Below are positions 52,543 through 64,000 of a stretch of DNA of 64,000 bases, piece by piece. The notes beneath the pieces are model-generated. The model saw only the letters and a list, made by a program, of their open reading frames with translations. It was not told where the DNA came from and did no database searches. Source of the stretch: the human T2T-CHM13v2.0 reference genome, Homo sapiens. The DNA lies in assembly GCF_009914755.1 (NCBI RefSeq), contig NC_060927.1. One strand, given 5' to 3'. Made by a program: the position numbers and the translations under genes. Numbering within the stretch: the stretch's first letter is position 1; each line of letters starts with the position of its first letter.

Positions 52543-55069
52543 TCTGCAGCAGTGTCACTGCTAAGTGGGATTGATGGCCAGTACCAGACCATGTTCTTTA
52601 GAAAGAAGACTGAACTCTCTGTAGTGTCTCTATAGCAGGTATCTATATAAGGGGACTTAAAGAGATCTTCATTCTGCTCATATATACTATCAGCAAAGAA
52701 AACAAAGAGTATGAAATTCAAATAGGAGATTTGCAGTGAGGAACTAAAATAATATTCTCTGTTACTTTGTCATGTAAAAATGTCGTGAGCTATGAAGTAC
52801 TACTACTGATAACTAGCAGGTGATCTTAATTTTTACTGACATGTACAAATAAGTGTTGTGTGATACATACATAGATATATGATATATATGTAATCATGTA
52901 TATCACGCATACATATACATGTATTTGGCTGAACCAAATGAAATTGCCATTTTGCTGCATAATAAAAAAATATAAGCAAATTCAAACTATATTTTAACAG
53001 AGGTATAAATTTTCCATTTATATATATCCACATATATAAATATCCCATATATATCCACATACAAATATTTTATATATTATATATATTAGAGATATAGATA
53101 CATTTCCATCCTGACCTTTATTGACTGGTTATTGATTTAGATTTCAAAAAGTATTCACTTGCTTTAGAAAATTGTCCTAAAATTAAAAAAACTCACTATA
53201 CCCTGAATGCTTATGTGGGATACACCAAGGGGAGAAAGTAGAGTAGTGATGGAAGAAGAGAAAATTGTAGAAGAAACTTGGAATAATTATAGTCACTATG
53301 ACAAAATTACTTTGCCTAATGATAGCATATAGTTAATGTTACTGTGCAAATAACTGTGCAAATGAATGACTTGAGAAGTTATAATTAAAGTATTTCATCT
53401 TTTAAAACTCAAATAAAAAGACCCGCCTCTATTACTTCACAATATTTTAGACACTACAGGGAACGAAACAGGTCTCAAAAGTTTCAGAATGCCAGTCTTT
53501 CAGTCTTTTTTAATTAGGGAAGAAGGTTTCACTTTACAACTTTTTCCCCTCTGCTTTCTGATAACTTGACAGCGCTTAGAAATTATTAAAATAAATAGGG
53601 AAGAAGGAAACCCAGAGGGCCTTCCAACTACAGCAAGTAACTATGGATTTTTCCTGTTTCTCTTGTAATAGCCTATGCAACTAAGTAGGTCTGTCCCTCA
53701 AGTATTTATACGGACTTCAAAGCTCCTATGGGCTCATGATGCAGATTCAAAGCATGCTTATACTATCAAAGGAAACCTTTGTTCCCTAGAAGAACCTTGT
53801 AAGAGCATATTACATGTTTCAGTTGATTACCTTTCAGCTTAGAAGGCACTTTCCAGAAACCATCCACACTTCTCGATCGTTGTATGAATCAAACCAAGTG
53901 CAAACCAAGTGTTTGCAGTCATGCCTGTTTCCATAAAACATCCCAAATAGTCTGCATCCTGCATTTGCCAGTGGCCCATGTATTTTTTTCTTTTCTTCTA
54001 TTTCACTTTCATGTTATTAGAAAGATGAATAGTGCACTGCTCAGGACACTTTTCTAAAGCGAGTAATCAAAAAGTTTTTTGGTGATAGTTATAATGTCAT
54101 AATATAACCAGACATCAAAAATGGACCACAGTAGCTACAGAGGTTAAGTCACAGCACTCTAATGGTTATATGTATTAATTTGTCATTGTCAGGTTTCATT
54201 TTTAAGGTGTTAAAATTTTCCTACACTGAGATGGTAATATACAAGGGAGTTGAGAAAATTCAGTTTGTTTCATTTGGAAGAATTATTTGTGACAGTTTTC
54301 AAAACATTTTGTAAAAAAAAAAAAAAAACATTAAGCTATTCCTCATATGCAAGAAATCATACCTGTAAATCAGGCCAAATCTGATTTTTTCAGAAATCTG
54401 AAAAAAATTCAGCTGGCCTAATTCAATAAAATTTATCAGCTGATTTGGAATACAGGGAATTTCTATTATTGTGAAAACAAACTCACACCCCACCTACCGC
54501 CAACACCCCCCTACTCCCTTCTCTTTTTGATGTTGTTGAAAACAAAGTGATTCTCAGAAACAGAATTTGCATTCCAGGCTGTGGGCCAGGGAGAATTTAC
54601 ATAGACAAGTTACACACTCTTGAAAATGGTGTTTTATGCTAGAAATCGTGAGACCCTCCAAATCCAGTAAAATGAACAGCAAAGCTTATGATAAAGACAA
54701 TGTTTACAAAAAACATATAGGGGCTTTGGTTTGTTTTTTTGTTTTGTTTTGTTTTCAATGAATTTACTTTGGGTCACTTTCTGTGAAGCAAAAAGCAGCT
54801 GTGACAGGGAGACTTTCATTCTCTGCATGTGTATATTGCAGTCACTTAAGAGTTACTAAGCCCATCAATCAGTCCTCTGTTTCCCTCTGTTGAATCACTT
54901 AGCAACGTGCACCGTGTACCATAGAATCAAGTGTGGTTAATGGGAGCCAGTCTCAGATCAGGCTGCTGCTGATTGCCATCCTCATGAGCTAAGTCAAATT
55001 GTTTTTATTCTAACTACAGCCCCTGGCAAATGACCTTGCTATCTTTAATGCAGGTTTGCTTGTTTAATT

Positions 55070-55120
55070 TTAAGCTATTCCTCATATGCAAGAAATCATA
55101 CCTATGAATCAGCCCAAATC
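55070..55120 (+). repeat. 51-bp dispersed direct copy of 54331-54381
   Basis: ttaagctattcctcatatgcaagaaatcatacct...ccaaatc; 48 of 51 positions identical. Confidence 0.93.
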
Positions 55121-56621
55121 CAAATAAGTGGCATTCTTAGTCACCACTAATCAGCTTTTTTCTTTTAGTTGAATGGCATCAAAATCAAACTGTGTTTTTA
55201 TTTAGTGCACATTTGAGGTTAATGAAACCATTCAGAAGCAAGTGTCAGCCTTTAAAGGTGCCCAAAGATTCGTTCTAGTGATTGTGAAAAAGGTCTAGAA
55301 GTCAAATGGGTACCCAGAGAGCCAGAAGGCTGTTGGTGAGATGGAGCAGTCACTGAGCGGGTCACCAGGAGAACTTACTTTATGAGATCTGCTGCTAATT
55401 TCTGACTTTGGGCAAGTCACCTCACCAGTCTGGGGCTAAGATTCACTCCTCATCAGTAAAATGAATACTTTGGATGAGACGGGAGGTTTTCCCATTCTGA
55501 TGCTAGGATCTTGTTCATGAGTTAATGAAGACAGTTGAGGAAGGTAAGGAGCTATTTCTACTTGATTAGTGAGGCTTCAGTCTATTTCAACATTTCAAAG
55601 TTTTTCATGATAATTTGTTCATGAAAAAAAAAAGAAAACAGAGGAGTTGCTCCAGCTCTAAAAAAAATTTGAAAACCACACCCTGTGCTAATTGCAAGTC
55701 TAGTCTACTCTGGTGCTGCTCTGTGGTATTGCAGACATAGAGTCTGCTCTGTGGTACATATGGACCAGGTCTTATGATGATGATAGGCCATGTTTAGTGG
55801 CTTCACACAGAGGTACTTCAGAGCTTTTATTTGGATTCCTCCCACTTGGATACTGTTCTGACTGCTTTATCAAAATTAAGTGTCTTTGCTTTCACCCTCC
55901 TCCTAAAAGTCATTCAACCTAAAAGTAAAATTTTGGGGGGCATTGAGGGGGGAGGAAGCAGAAAATGTTCTGTTTAACAATGAGATCTACACCAGATATT
56001 TCATTTTGATTATTTAAATATAAAAGATACCTTTTGCTCACAGTAGTTGGCTTAAAGTACTTCATGATTTATGAGGGGTGATTGCTGACAAAGTACTGGG
56101 AGGAGCCGTTTTGAGTCAACACGACCATTTGCATCTGCCTTCACTTGCTCTCCTCTCTTATTAAATTGAGCTATCCTATGTGTGGGTTTTTATAGTAATA
56201 CTAGAACACTGTGAGTCATACAGAGCAGTTGTGCCGTCTTCACTACATTCTCACCTTGCTGTGAGCTGGCTACATGCCAAAAAATATACATTTTAGTAGG
56301 TTGCTGATTTTTAGATTCTTTGAAGGCTAATGTTCATAGCTCTTACTAGCAATAGTCTGGGTATTAGAACAAAAGGAGCTGTCTATTTCAGTATATTTCT
56401 TTCTGACCACTCCCCAGCCCCTTACCACAATTTCTTCTCCAGCTATAAAATCTCCTGTATAACTGCAGATGATATAAAACAAAAAGAAAAGTAGAGGGAA
56501 AAGTAAGGGCACTATTTATGAAATGTTTTAATTGACACTAAATATTACATGTAGCTTAACTTTTCACTATATATGATCAGCCCTTAATGGGTATTAGTGA
56601 AAGCCCTACAATTTACTTGGT

Positions 56622-56913
56622 TGAAAGCCACTATCCATAGCAAGCTAACACAGGAACAGAAACCAAATACTGCATGTTCTCACTTATAAGTGGGAGCTAA
56701 ATGATGAGAACACATGGGCACATAGAGGAGAACAACACACACTGGGGCCTTTCAGAGGGAGGAGGGTAGGAAGAGGGAGAGAATCAGGAAAAATAACTAA
56801 TAGGTACTAGGCTTAATGCCTAGGTGATGAAATAATCTGTACAAAAACCCCCATGACATAACTTTACCTATGTAACAAACCTGCATTTGTACCCCTGAGC
56901 TTAAAACAAAAGT
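56622..56913 (+). mobile_element. L1PA (old, about PA15/16) 3' end
   Basis: catgttctcacttataagtgggagctaaatgatgagaacacatgg...acctatgtaacaaacctgca. Confidence 0.88.
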
Positions 56914-57013
56914 ATTACAAACCGAAACCATTTGAGTCTTAGCATTATATATCATTGTTCAAGATACTGGCACATACTACATGTTGCCATGAATATCAGC
57001 TGCCCCTGTCTCC

Positions 57014-57050
57014 AACACACACATGCGTGCACACGCACACACACACACAC
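57014..57050. repeat. (CA)n microsatellite
   Basis: Direct inspection. Confidence 0.85.
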
Positions 57051-59477
57051 CTTGTAAAATACTATCAGATTTAGAATAAACACTGTAAGATATTTTTAAT
57101 CTCCCTATTCTATAATTTTAAGCTACCATAGTGTGGCCCTATTATAATATAGCTTCTAACTACTTAAGATAGCCAGGTCAGCAAAAAAAGAAAATAAACA
57201 AAGGCATGATTTTTCCATTTGATAAATATTCAGTTGAATGATTTAGAGAAACTTAGCCAAGAAGACTCAGAAGCAAAATTTGGCTTAAATCATTGCCCTT
57301 GACTAAATTACTTTAATGATGCAAGTAAATTTGTAGCATTGCTTTTCCCTTCAATTCTATACTTGGTTATGAATCTTTGAATCATGTTAAGATATAATTC
57401 ACATAGACTATTTTTTAACACTTTGGAATCAATATGCAATTTTGCTAAAATAGTGCATGTCCTCTTTTATGGTCCTCCAACTAATACTCATCAATTGTCA
57501 CAACCTAATATAAAAGAAAATTACATTCAAGATACATAGTTAATATAGAGGACTCAAAACAAACCTTTAAGGAGAAAATAACTCAGGAAAATGAAATAAG
57601 TATTACCATTACATTCACAATACTCACTGTGACCCTCTTTTCCAAATAGAAAGACGAATCATAATGTAAACAGGATTAAGCTTTAAACATCCTTTCATCA
57701 GGTTTCCTTAGGTTTGCTACAGTTTCATTTCATTGAAAAAATAAGGAATTTTATAAAGCATTTATGGCAACAAAACACACATGACCATGAGTAAAGGACC
57801 AAACACTGAAATACAAAGTGTTTATGATTATGGGTGCATTGATAAAACATTACAGGGTTTACAAAGCAAAGTAAAGTTATACATTTTCTATTAGAGAAAG
57901 AGTATGTGCACAACAGTCTGGATATTTTACTTTGGTGAACTGGAAAGTAGTGAAACTTGGCAAAGCGACCCACCAAATCTGTCTATTTAGAACCTAAATT
58001 TATGGGGAGAATTGTCAAATATCATCACATATTCCAGGCATAGTACTCTTGAAGGAGAAACTAAGAATGTTTTGACCTTTTTTTTCTGTTCATTTTGACT
58101 CTTCATTGGCCACGTAAATTAACTGCATGTATTACATCTATTGAGCTCTCAGAGAGGGTGTCACTAAATAACTGATTTCAGTTTCCAGAAAACTTTGACT
58201 TACTTACACCCCAAGAATTTTCTTTTTGTTTAAATATTTCAGATGCATTCTTCTCTCAAATGTATTAGATATTTGCCTTTTTAAAACGTGGATTCCAAAT
58301 AAGATTCAGTGTTTCATCAATAAATCAGAGTTCCAATTATGAACATTAATAACATTCTATTAAAATAGTGATAATGTCAAGGTTTACTCTTATGTGAAAG
58401 GCTTTAACCCCCACACAATATGTTTCCCAGAAACTGGTGTCTATTTTGAGAAGCTTTTTTTTCTTGGTCAACTTTTTATCATTTTATGGTCACTATCCTA
58501 CCAATCAGGTAGTCAAGTGTCACTTCTAGTTTGTGTTAATGTTAATTTTCTCTGTTGTGTCTTCCTATTTTTCTATATTTATTTTTTCTATTGTTCTATC
58601 TTGCTTATGTTTTGTTCCCAATCAGTGTCTTTGGAAACTAGAAATCATCATTGTGAAAATTGTATTTGTGGAATTATATTTCTAGAATTAATAGTTAAGT
58701 AGGCCCTCTTATAATTAAAGAGCATGAGTTCAACACATGGGAGGATTTATTGTTTTTGTTCATTATTCTAATATCTCATGTAAAGCATATTTATGAGGGG
58801 AAATTAACTCTAGATATTAACCTAAAGAAGGTTACATTTGTTTCTCATATAATCTAAAGATATCCATTTTGCTACCGCAGAGACATTTTGTCATTTTCCC
58901 TGTTTTCTATAATGATCTAGGGAGGTAACATGTCTAATAACTGAATTCCAAATTGAGTAATAATTATACAAAAGCCAATTTAGTTTAGTTTGGTAATCAA
59001 AATTAAAAGTATTAGGTGGTAAACAATAAGACTATAAAAGAAAAAGTAGCTGATTGTTTAAATACATTTGCTTATAAGAAAATAGAATAATTTTGGTCCA
59101 TGAGACTCACAAACATCAGTGACAATGAGGCAATATACTTTTTGTGTAAACTAATTGTTGGAGCTATTTAAAAAGCGCAAAATCCATCATTGATAGAAAA
59201 TAGCAGCTAAGAATAAAATAACTTAAAATCAGTTTAAATAATAAATTGTTGCTGCAACTTTTAATCAATTGCTCCTGAAGTCTTTATTAAAATTTATGTT
59301 TCTTAGAACTACCTATATTTAAAATGTTTTTGTCCATCATCTCAGGTTCCACATTTGAAAGATTTTCTCACATTTACACTTTCATATTGTGACTTGGCTT
59401 AAGAGGTAAAGTTAGAGATATTTCAGAAATTTGGGTTTATAAATTCCTTAACTTGCTTTCTATTTCCCATGATTTTA

Positions 59478-59640
59478 GAACAGTGTTTCTCAAACTTTAT
59501 GGTGACTGAGAATCCCCTAGAAACTTGTTTAAAATGTAGAGTTATGGGATTTTTTTTTTCAGGAATTCTGATTCAGTAGGCCAAATAGGGCTCAGAAATC
59601 TGAATTTTAAACAAGTATCTTTGTGATTCTGGTTCATGTA
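59478..59640. mobile_element. MER5A-type MITE
   Basis: cagtgtttctcaaact...ttctgattcagtagg...aatctgaattttaaacaag. Confidence 0.7.
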
Positions 59641-60026
59641 AATTAATGTCTTCAGTTAATGAGCTGGAAGTTACTGATAAGTAAGAAGTGCTCATGGTAA
59701 TCAATTAGAGACAATATATCCTATATAGGACATTAGCCCCTGTTTCACTATCAAATCCATATTCACTATTTATAAAGCATTCAGAAAGCATTATTTATAT
59801 TTTATTCAAAGGAATTACAAGCACTGAAAATAATATTTAAGATAATAAATATTTGAAGGGGTAGACCTATAGATTCCCCAAATCCAGATTGTATAACGAA
59901 ATCTATTTTTATTCTGTTGCTTATTCTTCTGTATTGAGTAAATGAATTGTTTTTGCTGTGAATCAAATCACAGAAGTCCCATTTTTCTTACATATGTACT
60001 TAAAATCTTTCTCTGCTTAACTTTAG

Positions 60027-60091
60027 AGCAACCATCTAAACCTGAAATTGTAAGCAAAGCACTGTTTCTCGAAACAGAGCAGCTAAAAAAG
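60027..60091 (+). CDS. ALCAM: ALCAM exon 4
   Basis: ctttag| acceptor, |gtaaga donor; (K)QPSKPEIVSKALFLETEQLKK; phase matches exon 3; 65 nt. Confidence 0.97.
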
Positions 60092-60359
60092 GTAAGAATT
60101 GTTTTTGATTAATACCTTTATTTAGCCAGTGTTGTAAGTGCCTTCTTCTGACCTTACATTCCAAGACAAGTAAGAAAGGCTTTGCTCTTGTGGAGATGAC
60201 AGTGTTGCAGCTACCAATCAGAAATTATCTACAAGGCACAGAGGGTACAACATGCTCACAGTCTCAGGTAACCATGAGGACATCAAGGAAGGTGGGGTCA
60301 TTTCTGAAAAGAGGAGTCTTTCTCATTTGAATTAATGGATTGTTTAATAGAAGGATGAA

Positions 60360-60640
60360 GCCAGTTAGCATGATTCATGCCTGTAAGCCCAACAGTTTGG
60401 GAGGTTAAGGTGGGAGGATCACTTGAGCCCAGGAATGTACAGCATGGCAAGACCTTGTTTATAAAAAATATTTAAAAGTTAGCTGGGCATAGCGGTACAT
60501 GCCTGTGGTCCCAGCTGCTTGGTAGGCTGATGCTTGGTAAGGAGGACTGCTTGAGCCTAGGAGGTCAAAGCTGCAGTGAGCCATGTTTGCACCATTGCAT
60601 TCCATTGTGGACGACAGAGCCAGACCCTGTGTAGAAAAAA
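60360..60640 (+). mobile_element. AluJ, diverged
   Basis: gggaggatcacttgagcccagga...gctgcagtgagccatg. Confidence 0.85.
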
Positions 60641-61627
60641 TATATAGAGAGAATGATGAAAGATGAATAGATTTTCACCAAGCCAAAGGTAGAAATGGCT
60701 TTCCAACAATATGAAATAATAGGATGTGAAAGAGAACGGTGTGTTTGGGAAACAGCAAATTTTGGCATTGATGAAACTGGGTGCCAAGACAGAAAACAAG
60801 AAAGGATAGAAAGAGATGAATCTGGAGAGGCAAAGAAAAGTTGGATCATGACAAATCTTACATACTAAATAGGGAGTTTGGACTTTATTCTGTTGGCAAA
60901 TTATGCTACTGAAAGATTGAAGTAAAGAGGTGAGATCAGATTCGAACAACACATTAGCAGATATGTGAAGGGAAGCTGTATTAAAGTGGGGGACAAAGTT
61001 GGAGTTCCATATTGAATAATAATGTAACTAAAATACCAAAGTTTTCCTTTGTTGGGAGATGGAAACCCAAGTCCTACATTCTTTGTGTCATATTAAATTT
61101 TACTGCATAAAATTATTTGATGAATACCAAATATTAAAGTTAAAATACATTTAAAGAAAGTGAGGGGAATTATAGAGCATGATAATGTATATCCTCTTGA
61201 AATATATGTAGTATGAAACTGGAGACACAGCCCCATTTTAACACCAAATTATTCTTCCGTATGAAGATCTATGATTCATGGTAATAGTCAGTGTTAATAG
61301 AGTAATGTTATTTGGTTAATGTTAAAAATGAATAGTGTCAAAATGAATTTGGCAATGCTTTCAAATGAATGTGATTTTATAATAGTGACACCATCTATTG
61401 CACATTTAAAAATCGTCAAAAGTATATTTTCAAATAAATTGTTAAAAAGGTCTTAAAAAGACATTGTTTTTATACCAGAGAGCATGTATTCAGTCTTTGG
61501 TCAGTGTTGGAAAATAAACGGGTCAAGAAACCCTTGGAATAACTCTGCATTGCCTGACTTTCTGGAGTTTCCAAATTGACAGCCCCTGATTGAACCAAGG
61601 TAATAACATTGCCTTTTTATTTTGCAG

Positions 61628-61715
61628 TTGGGTGACTGCATTTCAGAAGACAGTTATCCAGATGGCAATATCACATGGTACAGGAATGGAAAAGTGCTAC
61701 ATCCCCTTGAAGGAG
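61628..61715 (+). CDS. ALCAM: ALCAM exon 5 (Ig V2 domain)
   Basis: ttttgcag| acceptor, |gtgggt donor; LGDCISEDSYPDGNITWYRNGKVLHPLEG; 88 nt. Confidence 0.97.
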
Positions 61716-61794
61716 GTGGGTGTGAGGGCAGGAGGACAGGGAGTACATTCAGAGGACCTGTTCTGACTTTCTTTGTTCTAGGTATTCTTTAAAC

Positions 61795-62293
61795 CAGTGG
61801 TCTCCAACCTTTTTGGCACCAGGAACTGGTTTCATGGAAGACAATTTTTCTTTGGATCAGGGTGGGGAGATGGTTTCAGGGTGATTCACAGGCATTAGGT
61901 TTATTGTGTACTTTATTTCTATTATTATTACATAGTGATATATAACAAAATAATTATGCAACTCACCATAATGTAGAATCAGTGAGAGCCCAGAGCTTGT
62001 TTTTCTGGAACTAGACAGTCCCATCTAGGGGTGATGGGACACAGTGACAGATCATCAGGCATCAGATTCTCATAACAAGTATGCAACCTAGATCCCTCAT
62101 ATGTGCAGTTCACAGCAGGATTTGCATTCCTGTAAGAACGTAATTCCACAACTGATCTGACAGGAGAAGGAGCTCAGTCAGTAATGTGAGCCATGGGGAG
62201 TGGCTGTAAATACAAAAGAAGCTTCTTGTGGTTGCCCACCGCTCACCTCCTGCTGTTTGCACCCATACCAGTCCTGGAGGTTGGAGACCCCCG
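61795..62293. mobile_element. MER1A hAT-Charlie DNA transposon
   Basis: TIRs cagtggtctccaacc / ggttggagacccccg; perfect 8-bp TSD CTTTAAAC. Confidence 0.92.
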
Positions 62294-62687
62294 CTTTAAA
62301 CTATTCAGGATCTAAATATGTTGCCCTCTTTTGAGCTATGACTCTTATGCTCTGTTACTTTAAGTATGTACTAAATTAATACATGATTTTTTAAACATCA
62401 TTTTCAGCCCTTGTACAGAAGAATCAAGAGCAGAGGAAATAATTTCTGTATATGGCATGATCTAGAAGTTAATTAAGTGAGTGGGAAAAGGGATTCCAGG
62501 ATTCTATTTCTGTGTCTCTGATTCTGGGTTTTGAAACGACATCTAACCTCACTACATGTCAATTTTCTCTCCTGCTGAATACAGTTAGAAGGAAAAAAAA
62601 CACTTCTCAAAGGTGTGGTGCTGTTTCGTTAAGGATTGTGATTGTCAGATGAAAGCCCCTATCATCAGTGTTCTTTATTTTCTTCAG

Positions 62688-62870
62688 CGGTGGTCATAAT
62701 TTTTAAAAAGGAAATGGACCCAGTGACTCAGCTCTATACCATGACTTCCACCCTGGAGTACAAGACAACCAAGGCTGACATACAAATGCCATTCACCTGC
62801 TCGGTGACATATTATGGACCATCTGGCCAGAAAACAATTCATTCTGAACAGGCAGTATTTGATATTTACT
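62688..62870 (+). CDS. ALCAM: ALCAM exon 6 (Ig V2 domain)
   Basis: ttttcttcag| acceptor, |gtaagt donor; (A)VVIIFKKEMDPVTQLYTMTSTLEYKTTKADIQMPFTCSVTYYGPSGQKTIHSEQAVFDIY; 183 nt. Confidence 0.98.
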
Positions 62871-63479
62871 GTAAGTAATTCAATATATAATTATGCTATT
62901 TAATGTATTAGAAATAATATTCAAATGCTATTAATCTTTGAGGTCCCAATCCAATTACTCTTTGAATTCTGCTTCCAGTCTGCACCCCAAATTGATGGCA
63001 CCCAAATAATCTCTTCCTCTTTAGGAGACCATAGCATGAATAAACATTTATCCATCCTATAATATCTTTCACTCTCTACATTTTATCTATGAGTGTCTCT
63101 TCTGAATTCCACTACACACTAAGTTCTTTAAAGATAAGATCTATAACTTATTTTCTGGATGAATGACAGACAAATATAGACTTTAACTGGCTTTCTAAAT
63201 AAGAGATTACCATTTTAATGAAGAAATTTATTTTAATAATAAGATCAATTGCATAAGTTTGATAGGATGTTGTATTACAAGACATTTTACTTAACTAAAT
63301 TGTGTATTTGAAACAGAGTATTTGTCTACAAAGGAATCTTCATGGTCATCTGTTCTAACTTCATTATTTTAGTTAGTAAAGTGAGGCACAGAGTCTTGCC
63401 CTAAATTAGCTGTAGATATTAGAATAGAATCTTTTTCTCCATTGCTGTGCTTTCCTTGTAAGACAGGTGCCAAGATAAT

Positions 63480-63700
63480 CTAATGATTAGAAGCAAAAAT
63501 TCTGGAATTCTAGTCCCAGCATTATCAATTACCATTTCTTGAAAAGTAGCTTAATTACTCTACATCTCAGTTTTCTTACTTTAAAATGGGAAAAATATAA
63601 TACCTAACTGATAGTGTTGTTATAGAGAGTAAGTGAAATCACAAATCAAAAATAGCATGCTACATCACACATTAAATTGTCATTATTAAGTACTTTATTA
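63480..63700 (+). mobile_element. MIR
   Basis: ctcagttttcttactttaaaatggg...aatacctaac...gttgttatagagagtaagtga core. Confidence 0.7.
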
Positions 63701-64000
63701 TTATTATTATATGGTCATTATCACAATATAAACATAGAGCTGAAGATATTTGGGGGGAAAATGCAATAAAGGATTTTCTTCTTATTATTAATTTATCTAA
63801 AATTTTTGTGATACTGGCATGTGTTCTACAGTAACCTAGCACTTCTACATCTATTTTAGAGAAAAGCCAGGAATGCCTGCTGAGCCTTTTGAAAGAATCA
63901 CCTCACCTACATTTCTTTTTTTGGTTCCCTAGGGCACAATATCTTATATGAGAACAAAAGTGAAATTCTTCCAAAGTTGCCCTAATATTAAAAGGTAGTT

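Noticed and set aside
62642-62687. In-frame upstream extension of exon 6 (alternative AG at 62648, +13 aa)
   Set aside because: The upstream AG lacks a pyrimidine tract, the ORF start is a TTG artefact, and the canonical acceptor is strong.

Overview
AT-rich human genomic DNA containing part of the ALCAM (CD166) gene on the + strand. It covers the last ~48 kb of intron 1 and coding exons 2-6 (48091-48191, 52315-52534, 60027-60091, 61628-61715, 62688-62870). All five exons have GT-AG borders and join in frame to encode the end of the signal peptide and the two N-terminal V-type Ig domains. The rest is intron with ordinary primate repeats: Alu (including a consensus-like AluYb8, which is a human-specific subfamily), L1, L2, MIR, MaLR/ERV LTRs and hAT DNA transposons. 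The supplied ORF track is almost entirely spurious. I find no new coding system. The most notable unexplained structures are several local templated insertions or duplications (2883-3006 copied into 4531-4679, 54331-54381 versus 55070-55120, and 50099-50433), a candidate orphan 3'UTR retrocopy (1031-1185), the intron-3 read-through that gives soluble ALCAM, and candidate regulatory sites (CTCF, NRF2/AP-1, DUX4 in THE1 LTRs). Repeat subfamily calls come from remembered consensus sequences, and borders of old repeats are approximate.
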